Shown here: positions 1-11,876 of the stretch, piece after piece
How the letters are laid out: every line of letters begins with the position of its first letter
How positions within the stretch are numbered: the stretch's first letter is position 1
Program-made: the position numbers and the translations under genes
DNA from: Squalus acanthias
Lineage: Eukaryota
Direction of reading: 5' to 3'
DNA length: 64,000 nucleotides
Assembly (NCBI GenBank): GCA_030390025.1
Contig: CM059434.1
Coordinates: 131,502,001 to 131,566,000 of the forward strand
Notes under the pieces: model-generated
What the model was told of the DNA's origin: nothing
Database searches by the model: none
What the model saw: only the letters and a program-made list of their open reading frames with translations

Positions 1-190
1 CTCTATCTAGGTCCCTCATAATTTTATACACCTCAATTAAATCTCCCCTCGGCCTTCTCTGTCCCAAAGAAAACAACCCCAGCCTATCCAATCTTTTCTC
101 ATAGCTAAAATTCTCCAGTCCTGGCAAATTTTTGTAAATCTCCTCCATACCCTCTCTAGTGTAATTACATCTTTCCTGTAATAGTGCAAT
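1..190 (-). mobile_element. CR1 LINE ORF2 3' fragment (degraded)
   Basis: Reverse complement resembles the RLGLFSLG..RPRGDLIEVYKIM segment of the other CR1 copies in this window. Confidence 0.7.
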
Positions 191-239
191 CACATCTTTC
201 CTGAATGGCCTGTTTCTGCGCTGTACTTTATATGTAAAA

Positions 240-1585
240 GACTTTGATGAAGTAACAGAGAGGATTGATGTTGTGTACGTATATGGACTTTCAAAAGGCA
301 TTTGACAAAATAGCACATGATAGATTTGTTAGCAAAATGAAAGCCCATGGTATTAAAGGGACAGTAGCAGCATGGATACGAAATTGGCTAAGGGACAGAA
401 AGGGACACTAGGAGTAGTGGTGAACAGTTGTTTGTCAGACTGGAGGGAAGTATACAGTTGTATTCCCCAGGGGTTGGTATTGGGACCACTGCTCTTTTTT
501 GATATATATTAATGACCTGGAATTGGGTATAAGGGGCATAATTTCAAAGTTTGCAGAGGACATGAAACTCAGAAATGTAGTAAACAATGTGGAGGATAGT
601 AACATTCAGGAGGACATTGACTGGTGAAGTGGACGGACACATGGCAGATGAAATTTAACGCAGAGAAATGTGAAGTGATACATTTTGGTAGGAAGAATGA
701 GGAGAGGCAATATGAACTGAATTATACAATATTAAAGGGGGTGCAGGAACCGAGAGACCTGGGGGTGTATGTACACAAATCTGTGAAGGTGGCAGAACAA
801 ATTGAGAAGGCTGTTAAAAAGCATACGGGATCCTTGACTTTATTAATAGACATGATGCGGAGATATATACTGTGTAATAGATTCCCTCAATGTACCTCTA
901 CCTGACGAAGGGGCAGCAGCTCCGAAAGCTCGTAATTTTAAATAAAACTGTTGGACTATAACTTGGTGTTGTGCGACTTCTCATTTTTATTAATAGAGGA
1001 ATAGAGTACAAAAGCAAGGAAGTTATGCTAAACATTTACAAAACACTGGTTAGGTCTCAGCTAGAGTATTGTGTCCATTTCTGGGCACCATGCTTTAGAA
1101 AGGATATCAAGATCTTGGAGAGGGTGCAGAAGAGATTTACTAGAATGGTACCAAGGATGAGGAACTTCAGTTTTGTGGAGAAGCTGAGGTTGTTCTCTTT
1201 GGAGCAGAGAAGGTTGAGGGGAGATTTGATAGAGGTGTTCAAAATGATGAGGGGTTTTGATCGAGTAAATAAGGAGAAATTGTTTCCAGTGGCAGAAGGG
1301 TCGGTAACCAGAGGACACAGATTTAAGGTGATTGGCAAAAGAACCAGAGGCGACATGAGGAAACATTTTCTTACACAGTGATCTGGAATGCGCTGTCTGA
1401 AAGGGTGGTGGAAGCAGATTCAATAGTAAGTTTGAAAAGGGAATTGGATAACTTACTTGAATGGAAAAAAATGCAGGGCTATGGGGAAAGAGCAGGGAGT
1501 AGGACTAGTTGGATAGCTGTACCAAAGAGCTGGCACAGGCACGATGGACTGAATGGCCTCCTTCTGTGCTGTATCATTCCATGAC
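240..1585 (+). mobile_element. 5'-truncated, frameshifted CR1 LINE (RT C-terminal half plus 3' UTR)
   Basis: ORFs 624-905 (WQMKFNAEKCEVIHFG) and 971-1381 (LEYCVHFW, RRLRGDLIE); CR1 3' UTR 'gaatggcctccttctgtgctgta'. Interrupted at 851-985. Confidence 0.9.
851..985 (+). mobile_element. Small Penelope-derived pLTR insertion with minimal hammerhead ribozyme
   Basis: Flanked by a 12-bp direct repeat TTTATTAATAGA (839-850, 986-997). Contains CTGACGA-A-GGGGC/GCTCC stem-GAAA-GCTC at 902-931. Same family as 59584-59889. Confidence 0.8.
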
Positions 1586-2204
1586 TAAGTGCCCCACAAA
1601 GACAAAAAACTTGGACACACCTGCACTAGGAGGATTGACGGGGTGAGTAGATATAGTCATGACAAGACTTAAAGCTATAGCTATATTAACTGGAATAGGG
1701 ATGGTAGTGTTGAAGGGCAATGGAATACAAGTGCACACACACATTTCTTCGTACGAGCACACAAAACTTCAGATGCAATACTCTATTTGCTTGCATTTGT
1801 TTAGATTTAGGAGTTCAGCTTAAACTTGGGCTTAGCTTTTGGCCCTGCATTCTGTCCATCACCAAGACTTCTGCTTCTGCCATACAGTCCACCTTCGCCC
1901 CTCTGAAACCCTTCTACCAGCTTAATCCATAACCATGTAATGGGCCGACGTCCTCTCTTGGCCACAAGAAACTGAGAGCAGTAAGGTGAGGCCAATAAAA
2001 GGCATCATCCATCCTAAAAATCTAAACAATCACAGAAGACGATGGCTGGTTCTATCACCTGTTGAGGTTCAGTCCCTGTGGAACAGGTTGCCGGCTGGTG
2101 CGGTGAACACTGATTCGCTGAATTCTATCGAGCGAGACCTGGATCTGTTTCTGGCTGGGACGGAGATCTCCACATACAAAAGTAGGTACCGTTTAATATA
2201 ACAC

Positions 2205-2705
2205 CGTCCTCGGCCTATTACACTGTTCCACGGAAGCTCAGCGTAAGCTCGAGGAACAGCACCTCATCTTTCGTTTAGGCACCCTACAGCCCTCTGGACT
2301 CAACATCGAGTTCAACAATTTTAGATCATAACCTCAGCCCCTATCACATTTATATTTTATTTTTTCATCCACCCTTTTGTTTGGCCCCCCCCCCCCTCTT
2401 TTATTTTCCTCCCAGAAGCTGGCAGCTGTCCTTCATTCTGCCAATGCATTTCACACTTCTTTTAGCCTCAACCTGTCACATTAACACCTCCTCTTGCCTT
2501 GATCATCTCTTAATGTCTCTTAATCTCTCCTTTTGTTCTTTCATCCCCTCCCCCTTTTCCCAGCATTATCCTTGCTTTAAATCTATTTCATTTCCTGCTT
2601 TGTTCCAGTTCTGACGAAGGGTCTTCGACCTGAAACGTTAACCCTGTTTCTCTCTCCACGGATGCTGCCTGGCCTGCTGAGTTTTTCCAGCGTTTTCTGT
2701 TGTTA
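2205..2705 (+). mobile_element. Penelope-like element 3' fragment (end of GIY-YIG ORF plus pLTR with hammerhead)
   Basis: Translates QRKLEEQHLIFRLGTLQPSGLNIEFNNFRS* from about 2239. Hammerhead core CTGACGA-A-GGGTC/GACCT-GAAACGTT at 2611-2639. Confidence 0.8.
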
Positions 2706-3555
2706 TGACCGTTTCACATTAATGGGGGCCAGCGTGGTTTCCTGGACAGCTTTTGATCATCTAAGGGGGTCGGAGAGGAGCTTATTCTCTAATTGGTCTG
2801 GCCTTTTACCAGATTTTTTGCCTCTCCCGCGGGATTACATGGCTCCGGGTGGGTGGGGAGTGTCTGTATTTTGATTCACAAGACATCACAATTTACATGG
2901 AACAGTCTGGGTGGACCAGTAGATCTTATTCTGATTGTCATTTCTCGTGTGTTCCACAACCAAACTAACCCCTAAATGCAAATCTGTGATGGGTTGAAAT
3001 TCTGTTTCTGTTTGCACGCTTCAACCCGGCACTTCCACCGAGCCTTCCACCCCACGGCAGGAGAGCCAGGCACCCAAAAACCACTGAAGGCGTGCATATC
3101 GCAAGGCCTCCCCCCTGCGCACGTAGGTGGGGTCAGCAGCAGAGGTTGGAGTGGACGCATTCTGGCCCTTACGTCGGGGAGGTGCCACCCTGCCGTTTTT
3201 CAGGGAGGGCCTCGTTGTCCAGGCTCGGCAGATGATGAGTAGCTGCTTGGCTGAGGTGCCCGAGGGCTGCCACTATTAACAGAGAGAGAGAGAGTAAGGA
3301 GAGCAAAACAGAGAGGAAAAACATTCCAGAGAGAAATGTCACCCAACACCGTAGGTCTATTACTTTTATTGCCCTCTTGAGTTTACCCCCCCCGGCTGGG
3401 ATCAGCTAACGCAGCAGAGACTGGGGCTTTCTGGGTTATTTATAAACTGTCTTTACCAACTAAGCCATCAATTAATATTTTAAGAATTAATGAATGAATC
3501 AATGATAGGAAGAGAACTGTAGGATGCAAGTAGGACAGTTTACCTGAGACCTATA

Positions 3556-5116
3556 GGCCGGAATTCTGCCTCCCTCGGGGGCGGTGGGGGGGGGTCCGGT
3601 GCGGGTGGTGGCCATGGCAGGTCGCGACCCCGCTGCTGGCTCCATCCCGCTGCTGAAAATGGGACCTATTAAGCTCACCCTGCGCGTTGCCCAGCCCAAT
3701 TAGATGGAGTGGGTTTGGTGACGTCATTCATGACACGTTTTCAGCCGGGATCTTTAAAAGGACCATGGCCACATTAGATTTGAAGTTTCATCTAACATAG
3801 TGCTGTCAGTGAAATACAGCATTGGAGTGCTGCAAACACTGACAATGACTGCACAGAGGTACAGGGCTGCACCCAGGTTCTCCAATGACTCCCTCCATAT
3901 GCTTATGGAGGGAGTCAGAGCACGCAGGGTGGAAGAGACCTCCCCAGGAGACCAAAACAACCTGGTTGCAGATTGCAGATGAGGTCACAAGCAGGGATGT
4001 GGTCAGGAGGACCTGGGAGCAGTTCCGCAAACGTTTCAATTATCTCATTAGATCAGGAAACGTTAGTACAAAGCCACACTCAACCTCATCCTGCTGTGCC
4101 TCTCATCACGTCCCCATCACTCTGCCTTCCCTACCCTACTCCTGCACATCCTTACTCATGCCAACAAACCTTGCACGTCCACCCATCCCTCTCTCTCTAT
4201 CTACATTATCACTTCCCCATCTCACTAGCCACCCCTCACACTCACCCTCATCCTAGTCCAATCATATCAACTAACAACACACAAGGGTAGCCACTTGGGT
4301 GTTTTATCCAATGTTTATGTAAAATTTCTGTTAATGTGGTGTCAAACATAAAAATCTTTATTTTCAACACTTTTTGGTCTTGGACAGATTCGTGTGCACC
4401 TTTGGAAGTGGCTTAATGAGTTGCAGTGAATGGTGAGACATAACGGTAGCCCCCCCCCGCAATGGTGATGAGTGTGAAAGGAATGGCTTGGGCATTGTAG
4501 GGATGCTTTATGATGTTGGTGTGGGGTGCTGCCAACCTGGCGCATCATTTGGCAGCCATATGGGTGTACAGCGTCAAGCGAAGTAAATCGGGTCATGATG
4601 AGGCCATCCCTGGCCTCCTGGGCAGCAATGTTGTCAGGTGCTGATGCCCTCTGTCCTGTGCAGCATCAGGTGATTGCGGAGAAAATTGGTGCTGCTGGTG
4701 TTGGGGCTCATCGTGGTCCAATTCTGATAACCAAGGTGAGACAGAATAAACAGCACCCATGTTGATGGAATAGATGGCAGGTGAAGTACAGATGACACAA
4801 GCATTCTGTCAATGGTGAGAGAGTTCTTCCAATGAGCTGAGACTGGATGAAGACTTTGCTGGAAAGACTTGCAGCCTGCAGAATCTGTGCTAGAAATGGA
4901 CTGAGCAACAGCTTCTGTCTGAGGAAAGTGATCATCTGTCAGGTGGGAGCTTTTACTGTACATTTCATGCTGTCAAGTAATCAGCTGGAGCAATGGCCAC
5001 TGAACTCCCGCCTCAGGTTGACAGACGTGGTTCCCGAACTGCGTGAATCCCGTGGCCATGCAGGGAAATTAAAAAAGTAAGAGGAAAAAGCCTCTTAAGC
5101 GCCTGTGAACTACCTG
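3556..5116 (+). mobile_element. PIF/Harbinger-like DNA transposon remnant with Myb/SANT-like ORF; probably resumes at 8001-8056
   Basis: RAAPRFSNDSLHMLMEGV...WLQIADEVTSRDVVRRTWEQFRKRFNYL at about 3855-4040 (frameshifted), a trihelix Myb-like motif; GC-rich terminus 'ggccggaattc'. Confidence 0.65.
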
Positions 5117-7996
5117 ATAATCCGTAATAAGGTGGATGAATTGACTGTGCAAATTGATGTTAACGGATATGATGTGATTGGGATTACAGAGACGTGGCTC
5201 CAGAACAATCAAGGCTGGGAACTGAATATCCAGGGGTATTCAACATTCAGGAAGGATAGAATAAAAGGAAAAGGGGGTGGGGTAGCATTGCTGGTTAAAA
5301 AGGAGATTAATGCAATAGCTAGGAAGGACATTAGCTTGGAGGATGTGGAATCAATATGGGTTGAGCTGCAGAACACCAAAGGGCAGAAAACGTTAGTGGG
5401 GGTTGTGTACAGACCTCCAAACAGTAGTAGTGAGATGGGGGAGGGTATGAAACAGGAAATCAGAGATGCATGCAAAAAAGGCGCAGCAGTTATCATGGGT
5501 GACTTTAATATGCATATAAATTGGGCTACTCAAACTGGAAGCAATACGGTGGAGGAGGATTTCCTAGAGTGTTTAAGGGATGATTTCCTAAACCAATATG
5601 TTGAGGAACCAACTAGAGGGAAGGCCATCCTGGACTGGGTGTTGTGTAATGAGGAAGGACTAATCAGCAATCTTGTGGTGCGAGGCCCCTTGGGGAAGAG
5701 TGACCATAGTATGGTGGAGTTCTACATTAGGATGGAGAAGGAAACAGTTAATTCAGAGACCATGGTCCAGAACTTAAATAAGGGCAACTTTGAGGGTATG
5801 AGGCGTGAATTGGCGAGGTTAGATTGGCAAGCGATATTTAAGGGGTTATCAGTGGAAGGGCAATGGCAGACATTTAGAGATCGCATGGATGAACTACAGC
5901 AATTGTACATCCCTAACTGGCGTAAAAATAAAAAAGGGAAGGTGGCTCAACCATGGCTAACAAGGGAAATCAGGGATAGTATTAAAAGCAAGGAAGTGGC
6001 ATACAAATTGGCCAGAAGTAGGAGCAAACCCGGGGACTGGGAGAACTTTAAAACTCAGCAGAGGAGGACGAAGGGTTTGATTAGGGCAGGGAAAATAAAA
6101 TATGAAAGGAAGCTTGCGGAGAACATTAAAACGGACTGCAAAAGCTTCTATAAATATGTAAAAAGAAAGAGGTTAGTAAAAACAAACGTAGGTCCCCTGC
6201 AGTCAGAAACAGGGGAAGTCATAATGGGGAACAAAGAAATGGCAGATCAATTGAACAAGTACTTTGGTTCGGTGTTTACTGTGGAGGACACAAACAACCT
6301 TCCGGAAATAAAAGAGATCAAAGGATCTGGTAAGAGGGAGGAGCTGAGGGAAATCCTTATCAGTCGGGAAAAGGTGTTGGGGAAATTGATGGGACTGAAG
6401 GCTGATAAATCCCCAGGGCCTGATGGTCTGCATCCCAGAGTACTTAAGGAGGTGGCCTTGGAAATAGTGGATGCATTGACGATCATTTTCCAACATTCCT
6501 TAGACTCTGGATCAGTTCCGAAGGAGTGGAGGGTGGCTAATGTAACCCCTCTTTTTAAAAAAGGAGGGAGGGAGAAAGCAGGGAATTATAGACCGGTCAG
6601 CCTGACATCGGTGGTGGGTAAAATGATGGAATCAATTATTAAAGATGTCATAACAGACCATTTGGAAAGTAGCGACATGATAGGTCCAAGTCAGCATGGA
6701 TTTGTGAAAGGGAAATCATGCTTGACAAATCTTCTGGAATTTTTTGAGGATGTTTCCAATAGGGTGGACGGGGGGGAACCAGTAGATGTGGTGTATTTGG
6801 ACTTTCAGAAGGCCTTCGACAAGGTCCCACACAAGAGATTGGTGTGCAAAGTTAAAGCACATGGGATTGGGGGTAATGTGTTGACGTGGATTGAGAACTG
6901 GTTGGCACACAGGAAACAAAGAGTAGGAGTAAATGGGTACTTTTCAGAATGGCAGGCAGTGACCAGCGGGGTACCGCAGGGTTCGGTGCTGGGGCCCCAG
7001 CTGTTTACATTATATATTAATGATTTGGACGAAGGGATTAATTGTAATATCTCCAAATTTGCGGATGACACTAATTTGGGAGGCATTGTGAACAATGAAG
7101 AGGATGCTAGGAGGCTACAGAGTGACTTGGACAGGTTGGGTGAATGGGCAAATGTATGGCAGATGAAGTACAATGTGGATAAATGTGAGGTTATCCACTT
7201 TGGTGGTAAAAATAGGGAGGCAGACTATTACCTGAATGGTGGCAGATTAGGGAAATTGGGAGGTGCTACGAGACCTGGGCATCATGGTACATCAGTCACT
7301 GAAGGTGGGAAGGCAAGTGCAGCAGGCAGTCAAGAAAGCAAATGGCATGATGGCCTTCATAGCAAGGGGATTTGAGTACAGGAGTAGGGAGGTGATGCTA
7401 CAGTTGTACAGGGCCTTGGTGAGGCCACACCTGGAGTATTGTGTGCAGTTTTGGTCTCCTAACTTGAGGAAGGACATTCTTGCTATTGAGGGAGTGCAAC
7501 GAAGGTTCACTAGATTGATTCCTGGGATGGCCAGACTGACATATCAAGAAAGATTGGATCAACTGAACTTGTATCCTCTGGAGTTCAGAAGAATGAGGGG
7601 GGATCTTATAGAGACGTTTAAAATCCTGACTGGTTTAGACAAATTAGATGCGGGCAGAATGTTTCCAATGTTAGGGAAAACTAAAACCAGGGGTCACAGT
7701 CTAAGGATAAAGGGAAAGCCATTTAAGACTGAGATGAGGAGGAACTTCTTCACCCAGAGAGTGGTGAATCTGTGGAATTCTCTACCACAGAAGGTTGTTG
7801 AGGCCAGTTCGCTAAATATATTCAAAAGGGAGTTAGATATAATACTCACAACTAGGGGGATCAAGGGGTATGGCGAGAAAGCAGGAATGGGGTACTGAGG
7901 TAGCATGTTCAGCCATGAACGCATTGAATGGCGGTGCAGGCTCGAAGGACCGAATGGTCTACTCCTGCACCTATTTTCTATGTTTCTATGTTTCTA
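5117..7996 (+). mobile_element. CR1 LINE, nearly complete ORF2 (APE endonuclease plus RT), one frameshift near 7260
   Basis: ORFs 5105-7375 and 7263-7898 (ITETWL, GDFN, SDH, PQGSVLGP, FADD); (TTTCTATG)n tail; ATAAT repeated at 5117-5121 and 7996-8000. Confidence 0.95.
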
Positions 7997-8056
7997 TAAT
8001 GATTTCAATTGGGTCGCCCACTGCTGCCGGTCGGTCGGCTCCGCAATGACAGACAC

Positions 8057-8722
8057 GGTAAGCTTTTTATTTCGACTGGTATTAAATTGACAGCAAGATC
8101 AATTCTTTTGGAACAATTTGGAATAAGTTTATTAAACACACACACTCATGCACATCAAAACAATAGCCTACTGGTATCTACGGACTCTACTCAATTACAA
8201 CAGGTAAGGTAATGGGTTAGATTTAAACAGACTTGCACTTCCCTGAGTCAAGCAATGCACGCGGCCTTTTTCCTTGCTTCTTGCTCTGGTCTGTAGAGGG
8301 AGGGCTTCCTGCTTTTCCGCATGGTCATCCAGAGAGAGAGAGAGAGCCTTTTATATCTTTTTAAGTCCATTGTCTCTAGTCTAAATTGCTAAGACCCCAG
8401 GATTGGGTCTTAGTTTCCTGGCAGTTCTTGATTGGCTTTCCTTTGAACATGTGTCTGTCTGCAGTGGCTGGGGCCATTTCTTGATTCAGTTAATTGTTTG
8501 TTAACACCTTTTAATGGCTCTTGAGTTTTGATGGTGAGTTTCGATGGTGTCTCTGTGGGGGTTTTCCTGTTATGCAGGTTTCCTTTGTTAGGTTTCACGC
8601 CGTTGCCTTGAGCTCCGCTCCCAGGGAGATCTTTACACATCAAATTCATCTTTATTACATACATCTGATATTGATAGTCTCGAGTCCATCACACATACAA
8701 AACATATATTTTTATTCTTACA
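8057..8722 (-). repeat. 3' LTR
   Basis: Direct repeat of 15754-17161. Minus strand has CCAAT boxes (~8401, ~8431), TATAAAA (~8350) and AATAAA (~8128-8133). Preceded by purine-rich GAGGCGGGGAATC (PPT, 8723-8735). Terminal base altered (GGTAAG instead of TGTAAG on the plus strand). Confidence 0.92.
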
Positions 8723-8770
8723 GATTCCCCGCCTCGAGGAGGAAATATCCTTATTGACCCCTCATTTGGT

Positions 8771-9013
8771 TTATCTCCTCAGGGCTCGCATATGGTGGTT
8801 CAGTTTCCTAAGGAGTTTTCTCAGGTAGCAGATCACGATGATCCCCACCACTACAATTATGGCTTGTGCCAGTATCATAAGCATTGAGAGGGTTCTGAGC
8901 CAGGGGTGTTGTCCTACATTATACATTGTTTCCCACCATGGACTGGCTCCTAGCTTTGTATAGCTCTGCTGTTTATGGCATTGTTCTGTGTCATCTGTAT
9001 TCGTATCATGGTC
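8771..9013 (-). CDS. 80-aa single-pass transmembrane ORF in the env position (small TM protein or env remnant)
   Basis: Stop-free from the acceptor ACTGAACTTGTTTCCCACAG (AG at 9015-9014): DHDTNTDDTEQCHKQQSYTKLGASPWWETMYNVGQHPWLRTLSMLMILAQAIIVVVGIIVICYLRKLLRKLNHHMRALRR*. Confidence 0.65.
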   Translation of the reverse strand, partial: DHDTNTDDTEQCHKQQSYTKLGASPWWETMYNVGQHPWLRTLSMLMILAQAIIVVVGIIVICYLRKLLRKLNHHMRALRR

Positions 9014-9040
9014 CTGTGGGAAACAAGTTCAGTGTAGTGT

Positions 9041-10150
9041 TTACTCTTTGGCAGTTTTTAACTGGTTAATATGATACCATTTCTTGTACTTAACGCCTTT
9101 TCCCCCGGGTAACTGAATCAAATAAACCGCGGGGTTCAATCGGTCTGTAATCGTTTGCGGTCCCCACCACCTGGGCTCAAAGGCATGCTTCTTTTTCCCA
9201 TAATTTTGAATCATTACGGTGACCCCCACCTGATACTCAAAGGGACGTACTTTCTTGTCAAAGTACCTTTTAATTTGTCTTTTTGACTTCCCCAATTTCG
9301 TGGCCACAAATCGATTCATCTGATCGGTGCGATCGACCACTTGTTCCAGCCACTTGGAACTACATGGTTCATTGTCAAGGGGCTGATCCCCGTTAGTGTT
9401 AGCTGGCCTGGCGTTCTCATGAGTCTCCCCATAATGGCTCCTGCTGTTTTATGAGGTGTGGACCTTATTGCCATTAAGCACATTGGCAGCATGTTAGCCC
9501 ATCGAGTGGGGTGGTCCGCACACAATTATTTTACATTAACTTGAGGGTCCTGTACCCCCTTTCGACCCCTCTGGACGACTGGGGGTGGTGAGCAATATAT
9601 AGTTCGTGTTTTATCCCCAACATTTCCTGCAGGTGGGTAAAAATCTTACCGGTAAAGTGCGAACCTTGATCACTGTCCACTTGTACCGGTGACTCCCCAC
9701 CTACAAAACACATGATTTAATAGTGTTTTGGCTGCCATGATTGTGGTGTTGGAGCGGCAGGGGAATGCTTCGATCCATTTAGTGAATTGATCCACCACCA
9801 CTAGGACATGCTGAAAATTGCCTTGCGCCTGTGGAAGTGGCCCAATGAAGTCTATCTGGAGGTGAGTCCATGGCCCTTGAGGTGGGGGCGCGCTTTGAAG
9901 CGAGGCTCGGTTAGTGCACGTGGGAGGATTGTGCTGCAGGCACGGTCGGCATCGTGCCACATTAGGTTGATTGTTTCCCTCATGGAAGGCCACCCAGCTG
10001 TGGACGCTGCCTTATAGAAGGTCACCAGGGCCGAATAGTGCCCTGCCGTGGGGTGGGAGTGGAAGAGGGAGAGCAGTTCCTGACCCACCTCTGGTGGAAC
10101 ACACACCACCGGCCAGGCGTGTGGCTTTCTTTTGAACATCAGCAACTGCT
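9041..10150 (-). pseudogene. pol: Integrase domain of pol (frameshifted)
   Basis: HSHPTAGH...CRPC (HHCC), LQIDFIGPLP, VVVDQFTKWIEAFP, DSDQGSHFT, PQSSRGVER, PRWWGP, WYHINQLK. Confidence 0.93.
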
Positions 10151-10359
10151 CCGCTGAGTCAGGGGCAGTGGCTAGTATGGTATTGGGGGCCCAGGCTGTC
10201 GGTTGAGGAAGGGGTCTGCCTTCCTCGTGCCAGGCGCTTACAACGGCGTATGGCTAGTATTGCTGCTGCAGGGATTTTAAATCTAGGTGATCAGTTGGGG
10301 AGCCCTAGCTAACAGCATTGCAGGGCTCAACAACTATATCCTCTATCTCCCCATCAATC

Positions 10360-10790
10360 GCAGCGTCCTTGGCTGCTCTGTCTGCTCTGGAATTTCCCTC
10401 ACTATGTGGACCCCCTTTTCTATGGGCTGCTACCTTTCCTATGAAGCAGGGCTGGGATCGCTGTTTAAGGTATAACCAGAGCAGGCGTAACCAGGGCCCA
10501 TGGACCAGGGCCTTACTGTCTATTGTACGGTAGTCATTTTTGTGGTATGGGGCAAGGAGAGCACGGTGTTTATAGCACAGGCACTATCGGACCAAATATT
10601 CACGGGTCTATCTGAGGATTATTTCACGGCGGTTAGAAGTGCGGCGATTTCTGCATATTGTGAGGACTGTCAGTTGCATCATCGCTGGATGGTTCTCTCT
10701 GGCAATACCACAGCATACCCGGTGTGGGGGGATCCCTCGATGTGATACGAGGACCCATCAATGTAGACATCTGGGGCTCCCTGTATGGGC
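10360..10790 (-). pseudogene. pol: Retroviral-type RNase H domain of pol
   Basis: Manual translation gives VYIDGSS..GYAVV, SSQYAEIAALLTAV, VNIWSDS, KVAAH, GNSRADRAAK (D-E-D-H-D set), with in-frame stops. Confidence 0.88.
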
Positions 10791-10853
10791 TCTTTCTGCA
10801 CAGGATGGGTCTCAAAGTTAATCAGGGGTAGCGGACATTCATGCGGTTCCCCC

Positions 10854-11876
10854 TTGGACTTTCCGAAGGCTTTCGATAAGGTCCCGCATAAGAGATTAGC
10901 GTGTAAAGTTAAGGCACATGGGATTGGGGGCAAGGTATTGACTTGGATAGAGAACTGGTTGGCGGACAGAAAGCAAAGAGTTGGAATAAATGGGTCTTTT
11001 TCCGAGTGGCAGGCGGTGACTAGTGGGGTACCGCAGGGATCGGTCCTAGGACCCCAGCTATTCACAATATATATTAATGATCTGGACGATGGAATTGGAT
11101 GTAATATCTCCAAGTTTGCAGACGACGCAAAGCTGGGTGGGAGTGTGTGCCGTGAGGAGGATGCCGAGAAACTCCAGTATGATTTGGACAGGTTGGGTGA
11201 TTGGGCAGAAGCATGGCAGATGCAATATAATGTGGATAAATGCGAGGTTATCCACTTTGGTGTCAAAAACAGGAAGGCAGATTATTATCTGAAAGGCAAT
11301 AGATTGGGAGAAGGGGAAGTGCAACGAGACCTGGGTGTCCTTGTGCACCAATCGCTGAAGGTAAGCATGCAGGTGCAGCAGGCGGTTAAGAAGGCAAATG
11401 GTATGTTGGCCTTCGTAGCGAAAGGGTTCGAGTACAGGAACAAGGATGTCTTGCTGCAGTTGTACAGGGCCTTGGTGAGACCACATCTTGAGTATTGTGT
11501 GCAGTTTTGGTCGCCTTATCTGAGGAAGGATGTTCTTGCCATGGAGGGAGTGCAGCGAAGATTCACCAGGCTGATACCCGGGATGGCAGGAATGGCGTAT
11601 GAGGAGAGATTGGGTCGATTGGGCTTATACTCACTGGAGTTTAGAAGAATGAGAGGGGATCTCATTGAAACTTATAAAATTCTAACAGGACAGGACAGAC
11701 TAGATGCGGGAAGGATGTTCCCGATGGCCGGGGAGTCCAGAACCAGGGGTCACAGTCTAAGATGAGGCGGTAAGCCATTTAGGACTGAGATGAGGAGGAA
11801 TTTCTTCACCCAGAGAGTGGTGAACCTGTGGAATTCTCTACCACAGAAGGCAGTAGAGGCCAATTCATTAAATATA
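10854..11876 (+). mobile_element. Internal CR1 ORF2 fragment inserted into the proviral pol; both ends truncated, no tail or TSD
   Basis: ORF 10785-11765 is CR1 RT from LDFPKAFDKV onward. Removing the fragment restores pol LPQFLVYE-GEPHEC. Confidence 0.9.

Noticed and set aside
5209-7924. Many antisense ORFs over CR1 copies
   Set aside because: Recurrent shadow frames of ORF2 with no independent evidence of function.
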